64,000 nucleotides of DNA from a virus: IMG/VR virus record IMGVR_UViG_3300030521_000002, positions 11,294 to 75,293 of that record. One strand, written 5' to 3'. Below the pieces are notes generated by a model. It saw only the letters and a program-made list of their open reading frames with translations, was not told the DNA's origin and ran no database searches. Positions within the stretch are counted from its first letter, which is position 1. Each line of letters opens with the position of its first letter. Shown piece by piece: positions 27,503 to 35,312 of the stretch. The position numbers and the translations under genes were made by a program.

Positions 27503-27697
27503 ATGGCAAATAAAGCACTTCTACTTGAACAACAATTCCAAAGAGCGATGGAGGGTCAACGAGTACGTTACCCACGAGACGGCGCTATTGGTACACTCAG
27601 AAGAAACTCTGAGGGCCATTTTGTCGTGATTTGGGATGACGGTGTCGAAGAAACCCCATGGACCAGACGATGGGCTAAGCATTTGGTGCTCGAATGA
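27503..27697 (+). CDS. Hypothetical small beta-barrel-like protein
   Basis: GQRVRYPRDG..GT....VV.WDDG; AGGA RBS. Confidence 0.6.
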   Translation: MANKALLLEQQFQRAMEGQRVRYPRDGAIGTLRRNSEGHFVVIWDDGVEETPWTRRWAKHLVLE

Positions 27698-27885
27698 AAC
27701 CCACCGAGCTAGCCACCTACCTTGCCCTCAGTCACCAACAAGTCAGAGCCTTGTTGCGCAAGGGCAAGATCAAGTCTACCAAGAAGCAGACATTCACCCG
27801 CGAAGGACGGGAGTTTGGATTTGAGTACGAGATTACCCCCGACGAAGCCCAACGTATCCAACAGGAGAGAACCAATGCCAAGTAA
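27694..27885 (+). CDS. Excisionase/MerR-type HTH protein
   Basis: TELATYLALSHQQVRALLRKGKI. Confidence 0.75.
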   Translation: MKPTELATYLALSHQQVRALLRKGKIKSTKKQTFTREGREFGFEYEITPDEAQRIQQERTNAK

Positions 27886-29017
27886 GAAGACCAAAGCGAT
27901 TCCCCCGTCCAAGTTGGCCGACAAACTAGCCAAGCACAAGTCAGAGTTGGATGATGCCCCCCACCTGATCGTCCAAGCGCTCGCAGGAACCGGAAAAAGT
28001 ACCACAATTATCGAGGGCATCAAACTACTGTTTGATATGCCCCCCTCGATCATACCGAGCCCACAACAGCAAGAAATTTGGGATTCGATCCTCTTGAGCA
28101 AGGGGAAAGCTAAGTCTGTGTGCTTTTGCGCCTTCAACAAGAGCATTGCAACAGAACTTCAGCAACGTGTTCCTCCCGGTTGTATCGCCCAGACCATGCA
28201 CTCGATGGGATTCAAGGCGGTTCAAGCGGCCTTTGGTAAGGTCCAAGTCAATCAGTACCGAGTACAAGACATTATCAGCGAACTACTCGGCAAGGATATT
28301 CGGGATTTGCGCAAAGACAAGTTCACGATGATTAAAGCTGTGGAAGAATTGGTAGGGTTGTGCAAGCAGACTTTGACAGGCTTTGAGCGACCTAAAACCG
28401 GAATCGAGCGATTGGATTATGCCAATTACAACTGTCAAATCGTATGGCCGGAAACTCTTGCTAACTTGGCAGATTACTACGACGTGGATTGCAACGGTTC
28501 TAGTGCTGAAATCTTCGACCTAGTTCCCCAGGTCTTGGAACGCTGCAAGGACGTTGCCAAGGATCGTTGTATCGACTTTGCTGATATGGTGTGGCTCCCG
28601 GTTGTTCTTAATCTTTCGGTGCAACAATACGACTTACTACTGGTGGATGAGGTTCAGGATTTAGCTAAAGTACAACAACAACTCGCTCTCAAGGCCGGTA
28701 AACGCTTGATACTTGTAGGCGACAGTCGGCAAGCTATTTATGGTTGGGTTGGCGCTGACTCTGGCAGTATGGAGCGAATGTACGATATTTTGTTAGACTA
28801 CTGTCGTGCTTGTGATGGGGCTGGAACTATTCTTGGGGCAGTTTGTGAGCAATGTGCCGGTAAAGGAAGTGAAGGGAGGGGTTGTCGAGTTCTACCCTTG
28901 ACTGTCACTCGCCGTTGTGGGAGAGCCATTGTTGAGGAAGCTAAGAAGATTGTTCCGAATTTTGAATGGCATCCGAATAACGGGGAAGGAAAAGTCAGCT
29001 ATGCACGGATGAACTAA
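27875..29017 (+). CDS. UvrD/Rep-like SF1 helicase, N-terminal fragment
   Basis: ALAGTGKST, AFNKSIA, TMHS, IDFADM, VDEVQD, VGDSRQAIYGW.GAD, L..TRRC. Confidence 0.9.
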   Translation: MPSKKTKAIPPSKLADKLAKHKSELDDAPHLIVQALAGTGKSTTIIEGIKLLFDMPPSIIPSPQQQEIWDSILLSKGKAKSVCFCAFNKSIATELQQRVPPGCIAQTMHSMGFKAVQAAFGKVQVNQYRVQDIISELLGKDIRDLRKDKFTMIKAVEELVGLCKQTLTGFERPKTGIERLDYANYNCQIVWPETLANLADYYDVDCNGSSAEIFDLVPQVLERCKDVAKDRCIDFADMVWLPVVLNLSVQQYDLLLVDEVQDLAKVQQQLALKAGKRLILVGDSRQAIYGWVGADSGSMERMYDILLDYCRACDGAGTILGAVCEQCAGKGSEGRGCRVLPLTVTRRCGRAIVEEAKKIVPNFEWHPNNGEGKVSYARMN

Positions 29018-29025
29018 CAAGATAC

Positions 29026-29120
29026 AATTAGATGTAAGGCTAGACCGGCCAGTCGAAGAGTCAGCACCACACTGACCTGCCTTATATCTAATTTTGTGGG
29101 GTTACTGGTGGAGTAACTTC
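29026..29120 (+). promoter_or_regulatory. Structured leader of the GIY-YIG gene (three-way junction plus RBS hairpin)
   Basis: 15-bp helix 29026-29040/29079-29093 with two internal hairpins; GGGGTTACT-GGTGG-AGTAACTTC over the RBS. Confidence 0.6.
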
Positions 29121-29121
29121 T

Positions 29122-30079
29122 ATGCCTTCTCCCAAGGGTTGGAAATCTGGCGTTTATTGTATTCTTAATACGATTAACGGAAAAAGATACATTGGCAGTG
29201 CTGCTAGGTGTTTCAAAGGGCGATTAGCGGATCATAAGCTTAGGCTTAAAAGTAAAACACATGCTAATCGGTACCTACAAAACGCTTGGAATAAGTACGG
29301 CGAGAAGGCATTTCAATTTATGGTTATTACCGGATGTTGTCCCAGCCTTTGCATAGAGATTGAGCAGCAATACATAGACTTGTACAACTCATCCAACTCT
29401 AAGTTTGGCTACAACATCTGCCCAAGAGCCGGCAGTAGATTGGGCACCAAATTATCACCAGAGGTTTGTGCCAAATTTTCCATAATCTCCAAGGAGAAAA
29501 TGAACCGCCCAGAAGTCAGAGCTAAATTATCCGCTGGGACAATAAGGGGCGATGAAGAACCCAGAACTTAGAGCTATTCTCTCAACAAAGGCCAAGAAAA
29601 GATTCCAAGACCCGGAAGCTAGAAGGAAGGCATCTAGAAAAGCAAAAGAAGTTCAGAACAAACCCGAAGTAAGGGCTAAACGGCTAGCAACTTTGAGTTT
29701 ACCTGAATACCAAGAAAAAGTTTCTAGGCTCCAAAAAGATTCTTGGAAAAACAAGTCAACGAGAGATAAAAGAATAGCGGGAATGAAGAAAGCTGTTTTA
29801 GCACCAGGATTCAAAACGAAACTTTCTATTGCATTGAAACAAGGCTGGAGAAAATGTCTTATTAGACAAGGGATTATTTTGAAGAGCCGAATCGGAGAAA
29901 GGGAGTTTACTGTTAGTGAGGTGGTAGAAGTCATGCAATACCAAAGTAGGTTTGGAGCCAGAACTCTTATTTGGAAGTTGGTCAGTTTGGGATTAGCAAC
30001 ATGCTTAGTGCAGCCCGTAACCAAGCATGTTGTTGGAATTTTCGGGTGGAATGAGGAAAACGAACTATGGAAAATTTAG
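29122..30079 (+). mobile_element. GIY-YIG homing endonuclease, frameshifted at about 29546-29549
   Basis: GVYCI...YIGSA...GYN; PE.R.K repeats continue across ORFs 29122-29571 and 29552-30079; deleting one G fuses them. Confidence 0.8.
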
Positions 30080-30636
30080 GCTGCTACAGAGAGTTAGTTA
30101 AGGATGGGGATTTAGTGCTGTGCAGAATTAACGCACCGCTAGTTTCCGAGTGTTTCAAACTATTGAAATCTGGTAGGAAAGCTTCGATCCAGGGTCGTGA
30201 CATTGGCCAGGGGCTTATCAAGACCATCGAGAAGATGAAAGCTAGTTCCATCGTTGACATGGTTGCCAAGCTCGATGATTGGCTACGTGCTGAGACGCTC
30301 AAGGAACAGGCCAAGCGTAACCCCCGAGAACAGAAGACCATCAACCTAGGTGACAGGCATGATTGTCTTTGTACGTTTTGTGAGGATGCTCAGAGCGTAC
30401 AAGATGTGGTTGACAAGATTACCCGGATATTCTCTGACACCACGAGCGGCGGGATTCTCCTAAGTTCCATACATCGCGCAAAAGGGAAAGAGGCATCTCG
30501 TGTTTTCCTCTTGCAACCCAAGGGGGCAGAAGTAAATCACCCCATGACAAAGACTGCTCAAGGCAAGGCCGAGAACCAAAATCTAATGTATGTGGCAATT
30601 ACCAGAAGTATCCAAGAACTTATTTTTGTGAGCTAA
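30067..30636 (+). CDS. UvrD/Rep-like helicase, C-terminal fragment
   Basis: VLCRINAPL, SSIHRAKGKE, NLMYVAITRS (motifs IV-VI); own GAGG RBS. Confidence 0.88.
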   Translation: MENLGCYRELVKDGDLVLCRINAPLVSECFKLLKSGRKASIQGRDIGQGLIKTIEKMKASSIVDMVAKLDDWLRAETLKEQAKRNPREQKTINLGDRHDCLCTFCEDAQSVQDVVDKITRIFSDTTSGGILLSSIHRAKGKEASRVFLLQPKGAEVNHPMTKTAQGKAENQNLMYVAITRSIQELIFVS

Positions 30637-30639
30637 ACA

Positions 30640-30948
30640 ATGCCCAAGCCAATCTCCAAGAAGAAACCAACTCCACCCCCGATCAGCAAGCCCCAGGAAC
30701 CTAGCCCTTACTCCAACTTGCTCCTAGCCTATGGTGATAAACCACCATTTACTCCACGCAAGGGCAAGGGCGATGTGGTTGTGGACATTAAACGTAAGTT
30801 GCAGGAGTATGTCTTCATCCTCGATAACGGAGATACCTTCACTGCTCCTACGTTGGTCAAGATTCCGGGGGATCGGATCGAAGCCAATGGGCGAGCTTAT
30901 GCTGATGGCCGTGGTCAGAAGTTACGTGACAAACTTAACATGGAGTAA
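30640..30948 (+). CDS. Hypothetical protein with MPKPI N-terminus
   Basis: MPKPISKKKPTPPPISKP. Confidence 0.65.
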   Translation: MPKPISKKKPTPPPISKPQEPSPYSNLLLAYGDKPPFTPRKGKGDVVVDIKRKLQEYVFILDNGDTFTAPTLVKIPGDRIEANGRAYADGRGQKLRDKLNME

Positions 30949-30951
30949 ACG

Positions 30952-31137
30952 ATGATGATGCAAACGATCGCTAATTGGGATACGGAGTTTTCCAAACGTA
31001 TCGTTGCCAGATGCCGTTCGGGAGATGCCGAAGCAGACCATTCACGTGCCGATGGGATTTTGGTTGATTTTCTCAATCTGATTGGGATGGAGAAAACAGC
31101 CAAGGCATTTGAAGAAACCGAGAGGCAATACGATTAG
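30952..31137 (+). CDS. Hypothetical protein
   Basis: GD.E..H..AD..L motif; GGAG RBS. Confidence 0.6.
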   Translation: MMMQTIANWDTEFSKRIVARCRSGDAEADHSRADGILVDFLNLIGMEKTAKAFEETERQYD

Positions 31138-31280
31138 CGTTAATCTAGGTAGTTTGGGAAGCACCCCATACAACCGCCTAGGATCGCCGTGGCCGCGTTG
31201 TAAGCCCTAACGTCTAGAATCACGTACCGATAATCCAAACGCATTACCGTGCAAGTGGGTGCCCTTAAATCGAGGATTCT

Positions 31281-31496
31281 ATGCCCAAGCCCATCCTATT
31301 CCGTCACGAAGGCCCGCTAATCGTCTTTAGGGATATTTGGGCAGGGCGAATTGCCTACCGAGACCCTCCCGTGCATGGGGAGCAACTTGTAGAGATAGAG
31401 AGCTACGCCGAAGCCAGAACCCACGCTGCTCAGCTAGGCTACAAAGGAATCAGTGTTGTGTTTGAAACCCTAACCCAAGGAGTGAGCGATGTATAA
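31281..31496 (+). CDS. Hypothetical protein with MPKPI N-terminus
   Basis: GAGGA RBS; MPKPILFRH. Confidence 0.65.
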   Translation: MPKPILFRHEGPLIVFRDIWAGRIAYRDPPVHGEQLVEIESYAEARTHAAQLGYKGISVVFETLTQGVSDV

Positions 31497-31851
31497 GAGC
31501 TTTTTAGTAACCCTGCAGATGCCAGACGGAGTTGATGTTGAGCAAATGTCGGAGTATATCCAAGAGGCGGTTGGGATTTATGCCAATGTCTATTGCCCGG
31601 AATTTAAGCTCAAGCTTGACGCTAGGAGTATCGCTTGCCGAGAGTACATTGACAGTGATTACATCAACTTCAATGCGATTGCTCGGGAAGCAATGAATGG
31701 TCTCTTAGCTGCTTGGACTTACCAAATATCTGATGTTGAACCTAAATGGGTAGCAGCGAGAGCCTACGAATGTGCCGTTGCTATGGAAAAAGAACGTAAG
31801 CGACTATTAGAAGCCACCACCCCGGCAGACGCTACCGGAGCTAGCGAATAG
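31489..31851 (+). CDS. Hypothetical protein
   Basis: AREAMNGLLA...A..AY..A.AM..ER is a common phage motif. Confidence 0.7.
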   Translation: MYKSFLVTLQMPDGVDVEQMSEYIQEAVGIYANVYCPEFKLKLDARSIACREYIDSDYINFNAIAREAMNGLLAAWTYQISDVEPKWVAARAYECAVAMEKERKRLLEATTPADATGASE

Positions 31852-32041
31852 CGTTGAATGGCTCGGGGTGGTGGCTATTTCAAAGGCTTGAGGATCGGTT
31901 ATAATTGCGGGAGTCTAAGGCCACGTGCCCGATAAGGGCAGTCACCTAAATTTGGTGTTCCATTAACCCCAGGAGTTTTTATGAGAGTCAGTTTGGTTAG
32001 TGTGTAAATAAGACGGATAGGGTGAAAGCCATTAGAAGAAT

Positions 32042-32082
32042 AAGCCCAGCTAGTTGTAATGATTAGCTGGGCTTTGTTGTTT
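32042..32082. terminator. Hairpin/terminator between convergent units
   Basis: AAGCCCAGCTAG...TTAGCTGGGCTTTGTTGTTT. Confidence 0.65.
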
Positions 32083-32815
32083 CTATATGCTCTTGATAGG
32101 CATTCTTAATCTTCCTCCGCTCTTTGTTCCAACCCTTGTAATCGTGAAAGGCTTGCATCTGTACTTGCCTTTCCTCTGCCCCCTCGATTAGTTCTCCATC
32201 GAGTCTAGGACTTATGCGCCCGTGCCAATCGCGGTCGCGTGGACCTAGGTGCAGCACATCGAACAAGGGCCTAATCTTGTCTTGCTCTTTCCACTTCGAT
32301 TGGAATAGCCCATCAGCCCCACCCGCATGATTGAACATCGGGCTATACCAAAGCTTGTTGGTTAGTACGGGATCATCGGCATGGAACAGTTGGAAGTAAC
32401 CTTGGAAAGCTTTATCGTGACTGGGAACGGCTAACTCCCAATCGAAACCATGATGCCAGCGAGTAGGGTCACTGAGGATTCTACGCCGTGGGGAGTATAG
32501 TTTGCCAATCTCCAACTTGGGTAAGTTCATTGGGTTAGGGAAGAGGATATCGGCATCCCAGATCAGTATCCAACCTGATTGACCTAGCTCAGTCAGACCT
32601 TCTTGCAAGGCACACCCCTTATTAAACGCCGCTCCGCTGCGATAAAAAGCATCAGTTACATAACAACGAGCATGGGGGATAGTCTTGACCAACTCTTGCG
32701 TTCTCAAATCTTGGGGGCTAGTAACGACAAGGCATTCCTCCAAGTGACAGATGTTTCTATGGAGGGTTACAGCAAGAAGATCATCAAATTGAACGCTGAC
32801 TACAATGCCTCGCAC
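32063..32815 (-). CDS. Glycosyltransferase (GT-A/GT2-like)
   Basis: FNKG, WILIWDADI (DxD), GYFQLF; probable GTG start at 32815. Confidence 0.75.
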   Translation of the reverse strand: MRGIVVSVQFDDLLAVTLHRNICHLEECLVVTSPQDLRTQELVKTIPHARCYVTDAFYRSGAAFNKGCALQEGLTELGQSGWILIWDADILFPNPMNLPKLEIGKLYSPRRRILSDPTRWHHGFDWELAVPSHDKAFQGYFQLFHADDPVLTNKLWYSPMFNHAGGADGLFQSKWKEQDKIRPLFDVLHLGPRDRDWHGRISPRLDGELIEGAEERQVQMQAFHDYKGWNKERRKIKNAYQEHIETTKPS

Positions 32816-33843
32816 AAATACTCCCGTTTGAGGTTGGGCAATAACACTTGCCAAGGGTAGAGAGCAAGGCCCCTGATAGATCGGCCATACATCTGCGTGT
32901 GGGGGAGTTCTACGTCTTCCCAGCGTTCCTCGAAGATGGCATTCAAGGATTCCCAACGCTTGATTGCGCCTTGGTTCTTCGTTACCTGATCGTCCCATTT
33001 ATTTCTCTGGGTAGAACACAGGGCTTCTAAACGACGCTGAGCCGCTTCCCTGGATCGTATCGGGGCGTGGAACAAGGTAATATCGAAGTGAGGCTCGAAG
33101 ATGGAATGTTTAGTCAGTCTCTCCTGGAGAATAGGGGAGCCGGTTTGTTTGAGCGGGGAATCATTAGGAACAGTTACTGTATGATTACCGCGATTGTGGG
33201 CAATATCCCTTTGTCCATTCAAGAGCCTAATCAATGGATGCTTCCAGTGGCCGCAATTAGTTCCCTCAATCATGCCCCCACGTCGCCATACCCCATGCGT
33301 CATACATAAAGCAGGATGACCGGCAGTGTAGTGTTGATCCTTGGTAGGGTATAAATCCACCGAGTCACAACCCACCATCCTAATCTCGGGTGGTAATCCC
33401 CTGATGGTTTCGATGATCGTTCTTCCATCCTTACCAGTAGGGAATTCATCACTATCCAATACCATCCACCAAAGATCAGATTCTTGCCTCAGTGTAGTTT
33501 CAGATAAGATCAGCTCGTTCTGGAGGTGGATACGCAAATCCTCATCGTACACCTCTGTCTTATATTCCTTGGCTAAGATCGCCCCCGCCTTTTGGGCAAG
33601 TTCAATCGTGTTATCAGGACTGGTATTATCCAAGAGGAAGACTCTGGAAGCACCTTGGGCAAAACAGTTCTTGATATTAGCTTCGATAATGTCAGCGTCG
33701 TACCAAGACGAGACAATCGCGTAGAGCTTAGGGGGGCTGGCTTCCTGATCTTGCTCTACCTGTTTGGGATTGGGGAGGATGCTGCGCCAATTGGGAGGAG
33801 CCCCACCATTGAGTTCTTTATGCCTGGTAAGTCCCTCACTCAT
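32800..33843 (-). CDS. Glycosyltransferase family 2
   Basis: LDNTSPDNT, WWMVLDSDEF. Confidence 0.8.
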   Translation of the reverse strand: MSEGLTRHKELNGGAPPNWRSILPNPKQVEQDQEASPPKLYAIVSSWYDADIIEANIKNCFAQGASRVFLLDNTSPDNTIELAQKAGAILAKEYKTEVYDEDLRIHLQNELILSETTLRQESDLWWMVLDSDEFPTGKDGRTIIETIRGLPPEIRMVGCDSVDLYPTKDQHYTAGHPALCMTHGVWRRGGMIEGTNCGHWKHPLIRLLNGQRDIAHNRGNHTVTVPNDSPLKQTGSPILQERLTKHSIFEPHFDITLFHAPIRSREAAQRRLEALCSTQRNKWDDQVTKNQGAIKRWESLNAIFEERWEDVELPHTQMYGRSIRGLALYPWQVLLPNLKREYLCEAL

Positions 33844-34331
33844 TGCTTGACTCCCTTGACAACCGTCTCTCGGTAAGCATTCCGCAAGAAAGGTGCCCAC
33901 AACTCAAAGTCCACTGAGTTACGGCAGAATTCCAGACAAGCAGGGTTGGGAACTTCCTCAATTCTTTCAATCACAAGACCATCTTTGGCAGTCCAACCCT
34001 GATCACGAACAGACCGCCAAAAGTGTGGGGTCATCACGTGGATATGGCCGTGGATCATCGAGTCATCATGGGAAGGGTGTGGCATCCGTAACTCAAACTT
34101 CCCAGTGGGCATTAATAGCCTACCAATCTCTTGCAAGACCTGTCGCCACTCTTCCACGCCAAGATGCTCTAAGACGTGGCTGCATAGCACATAATCAGCA
34201 CAACCTGATTCTAGTTCCACAATTCTGGTACGGATATCTGAGAGGATATCTGGCTCATTAGCTGGCCACATATCCACACCGAGGAAACCCTCGCGCTTAT
34301 TGGTTCCACAACCTAAATCAATTTGTAGCAT
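33840..34331 (-). CDS. Class I SAM-dependent methyltransferase
   Basis: IDLGCG, GVD, SHVLEHL, RLL.P.G. Confidence 0.85.
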   Translation of the reverse strand: MLQIDLGCGTNKREGFLGVDMWPANEPDILSDIRTRIVELESGCADYVLCSHVLEHLGVEEWRQVLQEIGRLLMPTGKFELRMPHPSHDDSMIHGHIHVMTPHFWRSVRDQGWTAKDGLVIERIEEVPNPACLEFCRNSVDFELWAPFLRNAYRETVVKGVKQ

Positions 34332-35312
34332 TCAACCCCCCGGAGTGTGACAGCGAAGGCAGATAAAACCATCTTCACATTTCTTTCTGCCAGATACTTT
34401 TTCTACGAGATCGCGATAAACGGGGCCATGAAAATACTCCAGCAGTGATGTGTCTTTAATGTTTGGAAGAATCACCTCTTTATGATAATCCATGCAACAC
34501 AGCCTAATTGCTCCATCCCAACCAAAGTGTAACCACTCGTCAATTCTAGGGCAGTGGAAAGGGTGTTCTGGGTCGATCTTTCTAACCACACCCATGTTGA
34601 GCTGATTAGCGCCCCGCTCGCTTCTGTGTAGAGTCCCCGCCCTATCGTGAAAGTGGAAGGCATCAATACTGACGTTATCCATATTAAGCTGGTGGTCTAC
34701 GGTTAGCTTCTTCCAGTATTCCAGGTATTGCTCTCGACTGAAATACACGTGTTTCTTGTCAAAACTAGTTCCAGCACCCCTAATTTTGATGATGAACTTA
34801 CTATTAGAAGCCTTTATCAGATAAATCAGGTTCTCCAAAGACTTTTCGTAGTCCAACTCCATAATGTGCTCAAACGTCTGTTTATCAATGCCATGATGAC
34901 TTACCCATAGGTCATGTCTTTTACCCGAGAAGCACTCGAATAGCTTAGTAACAACCGATTCGGTTAAAGCCGTACCATTGGTACTAACCTCGACGCACGT
35001 CTTTGGAAAGTACCTGTAAATATCATTGATCTTCTGAAAGATGGTTTTATCGATGAGAGGCTCTTGCATTAAATATGGAATCATTTTCCCATTGTTAATG
35101 GTGCCGCTAAATGGGACTAAATTCCTGAGTATCAATTGCCAAGTTTCATCGGTCATCTTACCGGGATTGGCATGGTGGTCAGACTCAATCCAGGGGCAAA
35201 ATAGACACGAGGCATTACAGCGACTATGCGTCTGTATCTGCACATACTTAATCTCTGGCAACCAACCATAACGAGGTAGTACCAGAAGTTTCTTATTCGC
35301 TTGCTTTAGCAC
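34332..35312 (-). CDS. Radical SAM enzyme with SPASM/Twitch domain
   Basis: CNASCLFC; EPL; STNG; C...DG...LCC.D...C..C. Confidence 0.9.
   Translation of the reverse strand: MLKQANKKLLVLPRYGWLPEIKYVQIQTHSRCNASCLFCPWIESDHHANPGKMTDETWQLILRNLVPFSGTINNGKMIPYLMQEPLIDKTIFQKINDIYRYFPKTCVEVSTNGTALTESVVTKLFECFSGKRHDLWVSHHGIDKQTFEHIMELDYEKSLENLIYLIKASNSKFIIKIRGAGTSFDKKHVYFSREQYLEYWKKLTVDHQLNMDNVSIDAFHFHDRAGTLHRSERGANQLNMGVVRKIDPEHPFHCPRIDEWLHFGWDGAIRLCCMDYHKEVILPNIKDTSLLEYFHGPVYRDLVEKVSGRKKCEDGFICLRCHTPGG

Noticed and set aside
2616-31496. MPKPI as a DNA-level mobile repeat
   Set aside because: Synonymous positions vary between copies and flanking DNA is unrelated.
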